Position numbers and translations under genes: made by a program
Shown here: piece after piece, positions 11,818 to 24,745 of the stretch
Layout: the number at the start of each line of letters is the position of its first letter
How positions within the stretch are numbered: position 1 is the stretch's first letter
Assembly: GCF_006345805.1 (NCBI RefSeq)
Contig: NC_042999.1
Location: 58,466,001-58,530,000 of the forward strand
DNA from: Octopus sinensis
Lineage: Eukaryota
DNA: 64,000 bases
Direction of reading: 5' to 3'
The notes under the pieces: generated by a model
Databases searched by the model: none
Seen by the model: only the letters and a program-made list of their open reading frames with translations
What the model was told of the DNA's origin: nothing

Positions 11818-14800
11818 TATATAATATTATTAGAGACAAAACCACTATTTTGCAAAACAAACAAGGAAAGACTTAATCAATACATAAAATTTTAATAAAA
11901 AGTAAAAAAAAACCGCCACTACAATTGTTTCTTGTCCTGATCGACAATCTTCAGGTGGACTTCCAATCTAAAATATCAATATTTTAAAATATAAAAATAA
12001 TAATTTAAAATAATTAAAGTTTTAATGAATATAAATATATAATCTATATATAACCTATATATAATCCATATATAATCAATATATAAACTAAAATAAACCT
12101 ATTAACAATTAAATATAAAACAAAACAAAAAATAAACTATATATACACCCATACACATATAACTAATTATATATAACCATATCTAAATACATACACTAAA
12201 TCACACACCTATATATATATCCCTATACATACACATAAAAACGTCTAGGCAACGATAAATAAATAAAATAGCCAAATACTTCAACACAATACTTATTCAT
12301 ACTCCCTCACACACACATACAACCCACATTCCCGCTCTAGAAAACGAACATCATTTAAAATTATGAATGGAGAAATGGAATAAATGGAATTAAAAATTAT
12401 ATTCACTTGGTAAAACGAACATTACTAAAAATTATGAATGAAATAATGTAATAAAATAACAGACATCGTAAATAGACATAAATTACTACGAATTCTTAAT
12501 AAAAACTACCATGATAAACTAAAACTCATAAAAACATATAATGATAAAATCTCCCTTTACTAAACTCTATAACATACCTATATAGAAATCCCCCTAACCT
12601 AAACATTCACACACAAATACACACAAGTAAACCACACACCCACGACATATACAAATACCCACCTCACTCACACATACCTATACATACATATAAACCTCAA
12701 TATATACTCCAAAAACCACTCCCACCCCACACAGATAAATAAACACATACATCCCCAAACCTATATAGCAAACCCATAAACACATTCACACACAAATATA
12801 CATACGTAAAACACACACCATATACATATACATACTCACTAAACTCGATATATACAACAATATTAACACACCCACACTCATACAGATAAATAAATTATAC
12901 AACTAAAATACGCATACACTCACACACAATCCCCCATACATAAACACTCCAAAGAAAAACAACATTATTACACATAATACGATATATAAAATACATCGTA
13001 AGTAACCAGAATATCAAAAATAACAATATGACATAAGGAGAAATAATATAATACTTTCAAGTCAGTTTCAAATTATGAAGTGAAATTAAATTCTAAGCCG
13101 TTAAAAACGTCAAACCAAAATTACGTTACCATAGGAACCTAACATATGTATAAAAAGAATACGCGCTATGGAAGCAAACGTCATTTAAAATTATGAATGG
13201 AGAAATAGAATAAATGGAATTAAAAATTATATTCACGCGGTAAACTAACATTATTTTAAAAAATTATGAATGGATTCTTTAATAAAAACTACCATGATAA
13301 ATTAAAACTCATAAAAACATAAATGATAAAACCTCCCTTTACTAAACCCTATAACATACCTAGATAGCAATCCCTTTAACCTATACATTCACACACAAAT
13401 ACACACACGTAAACCACACACCCATAACAAATACAAATACCCACCTCATTCACACATACCTATAAGTACATATAAGCCTCGACATATACACCAAACAAAA
13501 TTACGTTACCAAGGAACCTAACATATGTATAAAAAGTATTCCCGCTCTGGAAACGAACATCTTTTAAAATTATGAATGGAGAAATGGAATAAATGGAATT
13601 AAAAATTATATTCACGTGGTAAAACGAACATTACTAAAAATTATGAATGAAATAATGTAATAAAATAACAAACATCGTAAATAGACAAATTACTACGAAT
13701 TCTTTAATAAAACTACCATGATAACTAAAACTCATAAAAACATATAATGATAAAATCTCCTTTGCTAAACTCTATAACAAACCTATATAGCAATCCCCCC
13801 AACCTAAACATTCACACACAAATACACACACGTAAACCACAGACCCACGACTTATACAAATACCCACCTCACTCACACATACCTATACTAACGTATAAAC
13901 CTCAATATACACCAAAAACCCACTCCCACCCCACACAGATAAATTAACACATACATCCCCAAACCTATATAAAAAAACCCATATACACATTCACACACAA
14001 ATATACATACGTAAAACACACACACACAACATATACATATACTCCCTCACATATACACATATACATACTCACTAAACTCGATATATACAACAATATTTAC
14101 ACACCCACACTCATACAGATAAATAAATTATACAACTAAAATACGCACATACTCACACACATTCCCACATACATAAACACTCCAAAGAAAAACAACATTA
14201 TTACACATAATACGATATATAAAAACCTCATAAGTAACCAGAATATCAAAAGTAACAATATGACATAAGAAGAAAAAATATACATACTTTCAAGTCAGTT
14301 TCAAATTATGAAGTGAAATTAAATTCTAAGCCGTTAAAAACGTCAAACCAAAATTACGTTACCATAGGAACCTAACATATGTATAAAAAGAATACGCGCT
14401 ATGGAAGCAAACGTCATTTAAAATTATGAATGGAGAAATAGAATAAATGGAATTAAAAATTATATTCACTCGGTAAACAAACATTACTTAAAAATTATGA
14501 ATGGAATAATGTAATATCATAAAAAGACATAAATTACTACGAATTCTTTAATCAAACTACCATGATAAATTAAAACTCATAAAAACATAAATGATAAAAC
14601 CTCCCTTTACTAAACTCTATAACATACCTATATAACAATCACTTTAACCTATACATTCACACACAGATACACACACGTAAAACACACACCCATAACAAAT
14701 ACAAATACCCACCTCATTCACACATACCTAAAATTACATATAAACCTCAACATATACACCAAAAAACCACTCCCACCCACACGGACAAATAAACACATAC

Positions 14801-15220
14801 ATCCCCAAAAATGGGCGCAATCCCACTCACACCAATCATACATATACAATTACACACACAAGAACAATACATAACTAACCCAAATATACAGAACATACCA
14901 CAAATCACCAACAAACCACCATGACAAATGAAACCCACACCCATACAATGACAAAACTCCCCCTCCATACCCAATTACACCCACATAGCAATCCCCATAT
15001 ATACATCCACCACAAACACACATACGCAAAACACACACACACAACACATACTTACAACCCCCCAAACACACCCATATACATACGTATCAAACTCGACATC
15101 CACAACAATACGCTCACACCCACTCACACCCAGATAAACAAACTACACAACCAAAAAACGCACACACACACGTGTGCGTATCTTAATTGTGCAATTCACC
15201 CATCCGCATGAATGCGGGCG
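11818..15220 (-). repeat. Left arm of giant inverted repeat (inverted copy of the PLE 3' region)
   Basis: Reverse complement of 18757-22153. Inner boundary ...ATGAATGCGGGCG(15220) vs (18757)CGCCCGCATTCAT. Differences seen are mostly 1-nt indels. Confidence 0.95.
11916..11958 (-). ncRNA. Type I minimal hammerhead ribozyme (left-arm copy)
   Basis: Reverse complement of the 22013-22055 motif. Confidence 0.85.
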
Positions 15221-17312
15221 ATGTTAAATTATATGATAAACTATTAGGGAAAGAAATAATTAAAAAATATAAAATTGTTCCAGATGATATTCTTTATAAT
15301 ATTAATAAGGCCTCTAAATTAGTAATGTTAAAATATGAGTTGGATAATAAAACTGAACCTTATGTACCTTTGCACCCCAGAATTACTCTTAAAGACCATA
15401 AAGATAATTTTTATTCAGACCCTAAAGTTAGATTAATTTGCCCATGTAAATCGGACCTAGGTAAATTAAGTAAATTTATTTTAGATAAATATATCGATAA
15501 GTTAAATAAACTTAATTATTTAAAATTATGGTTTAGTAATAAAAATACATTGAAATGGTTTAATAATATTAAAGATAAAAATCGTTATAAATTTATTCAA
15601 ATAGATATAGGTAATTATTATTCTTCTATTAATGAAATTGTGTTTAATAAAGCGCTTATTTTCGCAATGAATAAAGTGGGTATGTCACGTGAAGAAGTTA
15701 ATGTAATTAAAATGGCTAGGAAATCGCTAATTAAATATAAAAATAAATATGGGCTAGGAATGATACTAGAGATTGTTTTGATATACCTATGGGAGCACCA
15801 GATTCTGCACAGGCTACTGATTTAGTAGGTATTTTTCTTTTATCTGAACTCCAATTAGAAAATCTTAAGATAGAGGGTGGCTTATATAGAGACGATCTTC
15901 TACTAGTTACAAAGAATTGTACTAATAGGAATCTAGAAGTATATAAGAAAAAACTATATAGTTTCTTTAAAAGATATGGTTTAAGTATTACTATATATAA
16001 GGAGAATTATAATGTTAATTATTTAGATGTTAATTTTAATCTTATTACTGGTAAAACACAACCATATCATAAACTTAATGAGAACCTTAGATATATAAAT
16101 GTTAATAGTAATCACCCATTTTCTATTAAAAAATCGTTGATTAATAATATAAGTAAACGTATTTCATTACTCTCTTATGATATAGAGATTTTTAATAAAC
16201 ATGCTAATTATTATAATGAGGCCCTTAGAGGGGCAGGTTATAATAGGAATATTAAATTTTATAATATTAGTGATAAAGATTTAAATGATAATTTTCGAGA
16301 TACTTCTAATAATAATTATAATTTTGTTAGGTTTAGTGGTAAAAATAATAGATATTATAAAAATAATAATAAAAATGATAAAAATATAAATAAGAATAAA
16401 AATAATAATAATAATAATACAAATAAGAATAATAAAAATAAAAATAAATTTAATAATTATTATAATAATTATATTGATAAAATTAATAATATTAATAATT
16501 CCTTAAATGCTGTACATAGATATAATTCTGATAATAATTTTAATAAAATAAAGAATTATAAATATATTTATAATAATGATAATAATAATAAGGTTAATAA
16601 GAATAAAATTTGGTTAATAGTTCCTTATGGAGATCAAGTAAAAACGAATATTATTAAAGAGATTTTAGATGTTATAGAACTATTTATTAGAGATAATCGT
16701 AAATATAGAAACATTTTCTCTATTAATAATTTTGGAGTGGGTTATTCTACCACTAATAATGTAGGTAACATATTTCTTCATTTAATAAATATAAACTGAA
16801 TAATTTTTATAAAGAAATTATTTGATAATAATATTAATAATGATAAGACTTATATTAATTGTACATGTAGAGATAAATCTAATTGTATATTAAATAATAA
16901 TTGTGATATTAACGATGTAGTGTATAAATGTATAGTTACATTACATGATAATAACTTTAAGAATAATAATTACCCAAAAGCGGTTTATATAGGTTCTACT
17001 TCCTCAAAAATAAAATTAAGTATCGCACAACATATGAATTCTTTTAAAAATAAAAACTTAATCAACTCAACTGGACTTAGTAAGTACATTTGGAGTCCAA
17101 AATCACTAAATATTAATTATAGTTTAATTTGGGAAATAATTTGTAAAACTAAATCATATACTATAGGAGCTAATTGTTGTTATTTATGCTCTAATGAGTT
17201 TAAAGAAATTTTATTTTATAAGTATGATAATTTACTTAATACTGGTGAAGAGCGCAAAATAAAATGCAGACATAAGTTACTTTACCTATATAATAAGTTT
17301 CATGATAAATAG
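15221..17312 (+). pseudogene. PLE reverse transcriptase plus GIY-YIG endonuclease, 5'-truncated, with a frameshift near 15750 and an in-frame TGA at 16797
   Basis: ITLKDHK..F...PK.RLI, FIQIDIGNYYSSI (catalytic D at 15604), PMGAPDS, YRDD (15885-15896), YLDV; CxC linker CTCR (16860), VVYKC..YIGST (YIG 16986-16994), CCYLC, KCRH. Confidence 0.92.
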
Positions 17313-18756
17313 CATTAATAGTTCCCTATTAAGGTTACTTTAGTTTAGTTTAATTTAGTTTAGATAATTATATTTATTTGGTTATGTAGTCTAGGTTTTA
17401 ATTATAGTTAGTCTTTATTGATATTTCTTTGTTTTAATTAGTTCATTTTTAATGTATATTAATATAACAGTTTATGGTACGTTAAAACTTTAATAATTTA
17501 TATTAGATTTTTTATTTTCTTTAATTATATATTTTTTTATTTTTATTTTATTTTATTATGTATTTTTATTATGCATTTGTTATATGTATATTGGAGGATA
17601 TTTTTATATGGATGATGGGTGTTATTTAGTGGTGTATATATTGAGTTTTGTATGTGTGAATGTTTACGATCCCTTTGTTTTTTATTTGGTATGTTGAATT
17701 GACAGATTTTATTTGGGTATTGTCTGTTATAATAAAGTTTATATAGACATTTGGGTGATTGTCCGTGAATATGTAGGTATAGGTGTGTATGTATGTGTGC
17801 ATGTGTACAAATGTAAGTGTAGATGCGGGAGTGTATGAGTACTATGTAATTGAGTGGGATTATTTATGCACTTGTATATATGAATGTTATGAAAGTGCGT
17901 GTTGTTGCACCTGTCTGCGTGTACACACTTTTAAATATATTAATTTTTATTTACTTTTTTGAAAGACTGTTTCTTATATATATGAGTATGTGATGTTATG
18001 TGTGAATGTATTTTTATATATATATATTGTTTTTTTTAATTAAAAAAATTTTTTTTTATATACATATACATATACATACATATTTTTTAAATATTTTTTT
18101 ATATTGGTGCATATGTCGAGGTTTGTAAGTATGTATATGGTTTTTGGTGTATATATCGAGGTATATACGTATGTATAGGTTTGTGTGAGTGAGGTGGGTA
18201 TTTGTATTTGTGGGTGTGTGGTTTATGTGTGTGTATTTGTGTTTGAATGTATAGGTTAGGGGGATTGATATATAGGTTTGTTATAGAGTTTAGTAAATGG
18301 AGGTTTTATCATTATATGTATTTATGAGTTTTAGTTTATCTTGGTAGTTTTAATAAATAATTTGTAGTAATTTATGTCTATTTTTGATGTTTGTTATTTT
18401 ATTACATTTTCCATTCTTAATTTTAGGTAATGTTAGTTTACCACCTGGTTATAATTTTTAATTCCATTTTTTCCATTCATAATTTTAATGTCGTTTGTTT
18501 CCATAGTGCTACGTATGAGCCTCAATATATGCACCGGTGATTCGCTTCCACATCCGTGCGGATGGGTGAGAGTATGCATTGAGTGTAGTGATGGGGCTCC
18601 CTTTGCTATGCACGTTTGTACCTGTGTGGTAGTCTCCATGTGTACATTCGCGCACGGGTATACGTGCGGGGGGCATACGCGCACGGCATGTGCGTGTACC
18701 CCCTCACATGTACATGTGCATGCTTGTTGGGCTCGATATGTGCAACGGTGTGTTCG

Positions 18757-21700
18757 CGCCCGCATTCATGCGGATGGGTGAATTGCACAATTAAGATACG
18801 CACACGTGTGTGTGTGCGTTTTTTGGTTGTGTAGTTTGTTTATCTGGGTGTGAGTGGGTGTGAGCGTATTGTTGTGGATGTCGAGTTTGATACGTATGTA
18901 TATGGGTGTGTTTGGGGGGTTGTAAGTATGTGTTGTGTGTGTGTGTTTTGCGTATGTGTGTTTGTGTGTGGATGTATATATGGGGATTGCTATGTGGGTG
19001 TAATTGGGTATGGAGGGGGGAGTTTTGTCATTGTATGGGTGTGGGTTTCATTTGTCATGGTGGTTTGTTGGTGATTTGTGGTATGTTCTGTATATTTGGG
19101 TTAGTTATGTATTGTTCTTGTGTGTGTAATTGTATACATGTATGATTGGTGTGAGTGGGATTGCGCCCATTTTTGGGGATGTATGTGTTTATTTGTCCGT
19201 GTGGGGTGGGAGTGGTTTTTTGGTGTATATGTTGAGGTTTATATGTAATTTTAGGTATGTGTGAATGAGGTGGGTATTTGTATTTGTTATGGGTGTGTGT
19301 TTTACGTGTGTGTATCTGTGTGTGAATGTATAGGTTAAAGTGATTGTTATATAGGTATGTTATAGAGTTTAGTAAAGGGAGGTTTTATCATTTATGTTTT
19401 TATGAGTTTTAATTTATCATGGTAGTTTGATTAAAGAATTCGTAGTAATTTATGTCTTTTTATGATATTACATTATTCCATTCATAATTTTAAAGTAATG
19501 TTTGTTTACCGAGTGAATATAATTTTTAATTCCATTTATTCTATTTCTCCATTCATAATTTTAAATGACGTTTGCTTCCATAGCGCGTATTCTTTTTATA
19601 CATATGTTAGGTTCCTATGGTAACGTAATTTTGGTTTGACGTTTTTAACGGCTTAGAATTTAATTTCACTTCATAATTTGAAACTGACTTGAAAGTATGT
19701 ATATTTTTTCTTCTTATGTCTATTGTTACTTTTGATATTCTGGTTACTTATGAAGTTTTTTATATATCGTATTATTTGTAATAATGTTGTTTTTCTTTGG
19801 AGTGTTTATGTATGTGGGAATGTGTGTGAGTATGTGCGTATTTTAGTTGTATAATTTATTTATCTGTATGAGTGTGGGTGTGTAAATATTGTTGTATATC
19901 GAGTTTAGTGAGTATGTATATGTGTATATGTGAGGGAGTATATGTATATGTTGTGTGTGTGTGTTTTACGTATGTATATTTGTGTGTGAATGTGTATATG
20001 GGTTTTTTATTATAGGTTTGGGGATGTATGTGTAATTTATCTGTGTGGGGTGGGAGTGGGTTTTTGGTGTATATTGAGGTTTATACGTTAGTATAGGTAT
20101 GTGTGAGTGAGGTGGGTATTTGTATAAGTCGTGGGTCTGTGGTTTACGTGTGTGTATTTGTGTGTGAATGTTTAGGTTGGGGGGATTGCTATATAGGTTT
20201 GTTATAGAGTTTAGCAAAGGGAGATTTTATCATTATATGTTTTTATGAGTTTTAGTTATCATGGTAGTTTTATTAAAGAATTCGTAGTAATTTGTCTATT
20301 TACGATGTTTGTTATTTATTACATTATTCATTCATAATTTTTAAGTAATGTTCGTTTTACCACGTGAATATAATTTTTAATTCCATTTATTCCATTTCTC
20401 CATTCATAATTTTAAAAGATGTTCGTTTCCAGAGCGGGAATACTTTTTATACATATGTTAGGTTCCTTGTAACGTAATTTTGTTTGGTGTATATATTGAG
20501 GCTTATATGTACTTATAGGTATGTGTGAATGAGGTGGGTATTTGTATTTGTTATGGTGTGTGGTTTACGTGTGGTATTTGTGTGTGAATGTATAGGTTAA
20601 AGGGATTGCTATCTAGGTATGTTATAGGGTTTAGTAAAGGGAGGTTTTATCATTTATGTTTTTATGAGCTTTAATTTATCATGGTAGTTTTTATAAAGAA
20701 TCCATTCATAATTTTAAAATAATGTAGTTTACCGCGTGAATATATTTTTAATTCCATTTATTCTATTTCTCCATTCATAATTTTAAATGACGTTTGCTTC
20801 CATAGCGCGTATTCTTTTTATACATATGTTAGGTTCCTATGGTAACGTAATTTTGGTTTGACGTTTTTAACGGCTTAGAATTTAATTTCACTTCATAATT
20901 TGAAACTGACTTGAAAGTATGTATATTATTTCTCCTTATGTCATATTGTTATTTTTGATATTCTGGTTACTTACGATGTATTTTATATATCGTATTATGT
21001 GTAATAATGTTGTTTTTCTTTGGAGTGTTTATGTATGTGGGATTGTGTGTGAGTGTATGCGTATTTTAGTTGTATAATTTATTTATCTGTATGAGTGTGG
21101 GTGTGTTAATATTGTTGTATATATCGAGTTTAGTGAGTATGTATATGTATATGGTGTGTGTTTTACGTATGTATATTTGTGTGTGAATGTGTTTATGGGT
21201 TTGCTATATAGGTTTGGGGATGTATGTGTTTATTTATCTGTGTGGGGTTGAGTGGGTTTTTGGAGTATATATTGAAGGTTTATATGTATGTATAGGTATG
21301 TGTGAGTGAGGTGGGTATTGTATATGTCGTGGGTGTGTGGTTTACGTGTGTGTATTTGTGTGTGAATGTTTAGGTTAGGGGGATTGCTATATAGGTATGT
21401 TATAGAGTTTAGTAAAGGGAGATTTTATCATTATATGTTTTTATGAGTTTTAGTTTATCATGGTAGTTTTATTAAAGAATTCGTAGTAATTTATGTCTAT
21501 TTACGATGTCTGTTATTTTATTACATTATTTCATTCATAATTTTTAAGTAATGTTCGTTTTACCAAGTGAAATAATTTTTAATTCCATTTATTCCATTTC
21601 TCCATTCATAATTTTAAATGATGTTCGTTTTCTAGAGCGGGAATGTGGGTGTATGTGTGTGTGAGGGAGTATGAATAAGTATTGTGTTGAAGTATTTGGC

Positions 21701-22153
21701 TATTTTATTATTTATCGTTGCCTAGACGTTTTTATGTGTATGTATAGGGATATATATATAGGTGTGTGATTTAGTGTATGTATTTAGATATGGTTATATA
21801 TAATTAGTTATATGTGTATGGGTGTATATATAGTTTATTTTTTGTTTTGTTTTATATTTAATTGTTAATAGGTTTATTTTAGTTTATATATTGATTATAT
21901 ATGGATTATATATAGGTTATATATAGATTATATATTTATATTCATTAAAACTTTAATTATTTTAAAATTATTATTTTTATATTTTAAAATATTGATATTT
22001 TAGATTGGAAGTCCACCTGAAGATTGTCGATCAGGACAAGAAACAATTGTAGTGGCGGTTTTTTTATACTTTTTATTAAAATTTTATGTATTGATTAAGT
22101 CTTTCCTTGTTTGTTTTGCAAAATAGTGGTTTTGTCTCTAATAATATTATATA
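18757..22153 (+). repeat. Right arm of giant inverted repeat (distal PLE 3' region / pseudo-LTR)
   Basis: See left arm; G/T-rich; internal ~1.2-kb higher-order repeat. Confidence 0.95.
22013..22055 (+). ncRNA. Type I minimal hammerhead ribozyme at the PLE 3' end
   Basis: CCAC-CTGAAGA-TTGTC-gatcag-GACAA-GAAA-C-AATT-G-TA-GTGG. Confidence 0.88.
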
Positions 22154-22189
<36 letters not shown>

Positions 22190-22202
22190 TGTATGTATCT
22201 GC

Positions 22203-22964
22203 CTGCATCAGCGTCATGAAAAGGAGAGCCGAAATATAGAAGCTTGGGTTGTAGAAAATAACAAGTCATACCCTAAAGCTCATTTCACCTTTTCGGATAG
22301 ATTTGTGACTGGTGACGAAAAAATGGAACTTCTATAGAAATGTTAAACGTCGTAAACAGTGGCTTGGTAAAAGAGATAAAGCTCAACCACAACTGAGAAG
22401 GTAACTTCATGGGGAAAAGGTTCTTCTCTCTATCTGGTGGGATTGCAAGGGAGTAGTTCACTTTGAATTGTTACCACCTAATGCAACAATCAATGCTTAA
22501 GTCTACTGTCTGCAATTAGAGCGTTTGAATCAAACTTTGAAGAAAAAACAACCCGCTTTAGTGAATCGAAAAGGAGTGATGTTTCATCAGGACAATGCGC
22601 GACTCCACACTGCAAATATCACATCACAGAAAGTCGAAGAGCTTATTTGGGAAAAGATTTCTCATCCGCCTTATTCTCTCGACCTTGCTCTTCAGACTAC
22701 CATTTTTTCGTAGTTTACAGAATCATTTAGGGGACATAACTTTCGCGAGCCAGGAGGGGGTCGAAAGTGATATTTCAGAGTTATTTGCTTTGAAATCAAA
22801 AGAGTTTTACATTAATGGGATTAAAAAGCTTGTAAATAGATGGAAGGAAGTCATAGATAATCAGGGAAAGCACATTGATGATTAAATTTCAATTAAATAT
22901 AAAATTTGATCACTTGTTTTCTATTTTCAAAATTCGAACAGAATTTATGGGATGACCATAAATA
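22203..22964 (+). mobile_element. mariner (DD34D) transposase remnant, 5'-truncated, with 3' TIR
   Basis: FVTGDEK, MFHQDNAR, HPPYS.DLA, FRSLQNHL, RWKEVIDNQG across frameshifts; terminus ...CAGAATTTATGGGATGACCATAAATA. Confidence 0.9.
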
Positions 22965-22971
22965 TGTATAT

Positions 22972-23020
<49 letters not shown>

Positions 23021-23049
23021 TTCTATCTCTCTCTCTCTCTTTCTCTCTA

Positions 23050-23082
<33 letters not shown>

Positions 23083-23225
23083 GAATAATTTATAAATGTG
23101 TGTGTGTGCGTCTGTCTCTCTGTATCTGTATTTGTGTTAGACTAGCGATTACACTAGTGTACACAAGTATCGTGTAAATATTTTTCTTTTATGACATGGG
23201 ATTATAATTTTGGTATGCTTTATTG

Positions 23226-23264
<39 letters not shown>

Positions 23265-24019
23265 ACACACACACACTTACACATATACACATGCGATACT
23301 ATCGTCTTTCGTTTTCATGTTGTTCTTGATAGGATAATACTAGGTACCCACCTCATCGTCTTTTCCCTCTTATTTACTTAAATGTAATGTATATGTTGAT
23401 GTATATTATTACTATTTCCTTTGGCATGCAATGTAGTCGCTAGAAGCTGAAGACAGAATATGAAATATCTTTCTGTCAGTGAGAAAACCATAAACATTGA
23501 AGACAACGTTTTTAGATTTGTCAATTTGTATAACAAAAACCAACATAACAAGATACATACAAAAGTGTTGGAGATTTTGATTTTGCATTTTTATTTTGGT
23601 TGTTGATTATTTTAGTTGATGTATTTATCACTGTATTTTCTTTATTCAGAGAAAGAAAATATACCGAAAGAAAAATAACGCAATAAAGAAAATAATAATG
23701 TTAGTCAGTAATTCAACAATGGCCACATGCTATGCATAAAGCATCGCGGGATACAATCCATATATTTCAAATGCACACACGGCCCATTTTGTGTTTTGTC
23801 ACAAAGAAATAAACATTGACTGTCAAATGTAGCTAGCACAGAAAGAGAGAGAGAGTTAAAACTCATACACGTATAAACATTCGCATACTCGCATACGCAT
23901 ACTCATTTACTTACATACACACACGTTAATTGGCTCGCACAAATACACATACCTACATACACAGATTATATACAGCTATGTAAACAGCTTTGGTGCACAC
24001 GCATTTCATCTATCTATCT

Positions 24020-24070
<51 letters not shown>

Positions 24071-24424
24071 GCGCCCGCGCACACATACACTCTCACGCAC
24101 ACAAGTTTGATGGTAGTCAACAGAAATAGCAGAGACACCGGATAGAAAGCCTTGTGATATATTTTCTGATTCTTTATGTTCTGATTTCATTTCTCGAAAT
24201 ACCAGTTAACTACTCGGGCGCAACTTTCTTTCTTTTCATTTGCGACATCTCATCTGGGATATTCCTCTGGGTTAAGGGATGGGGAGTGCTGAGTGTTTGT
24301 CTCTATCCTTTCAGAACCACATAGATTGATAAAGCTGTCACGGTGCATGCGCATCGTGACAGTAAGTAATAACCAACTGTAATGGTAGCCGCAGTACATG
24401 TCAGTCTGACGGTTTTCTTTTTCA

Positions 24425-24745
<321 letters not shown>

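Larger units (their letters stand above)
11741..22153 (+). mobile_element. Giant Penelope-like retroelement (C-terminal GIY-YIG, Hydra-clade-like), 5'-truncated, with 3.4-kb inverted terminal duplication
   Basis: RT and GIY-YIG frame at 15221-17312; inverted arms 11818-15220 and 18757-22153; hammerhead near each outer end; (TA)n on both flanks. Confidence 0.9.

Noticed and set aside
12000-15200. NUMT or mitochondrial control region suggested by the A/C skew
   Set aside because: No mitochondrial genes or tRNAs are visible, and the sequence is contiguous with the PLE ORF and ribozyme.
13747-15211. His/Thr/Pro-rich ORFs (13747, 14921) and their Cys/Val/Gly-rich antisense and mirror ORFs (14747, 14850, 18850, 18906, 19966)
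   Set aside because: By-products of strand skew; reading frames are not conserved between repeat monomers or arms.
16797-16799. In-frame UGA between RT and GIY-YIG read as selenocysteine (precedent: Naiad PLE selenoproteins)
   Set aside because: It is not at a Cys-equivalent position, the alternative local frame fits the expected consensus better (compensating indels), and I found no convincing SECIS downstream. A SECISearch run and read polishing would settle it.
11818-22153. Arms as TIRs of a foldback, Galileo or Polinton-type DNA transposon
   Set aside because: The cargo is an RT plus GIY-YIG, not a transposase or integrase. One arm truncates the ORF, the ends are unequal and carry hammerheads, which is PLE architecture.
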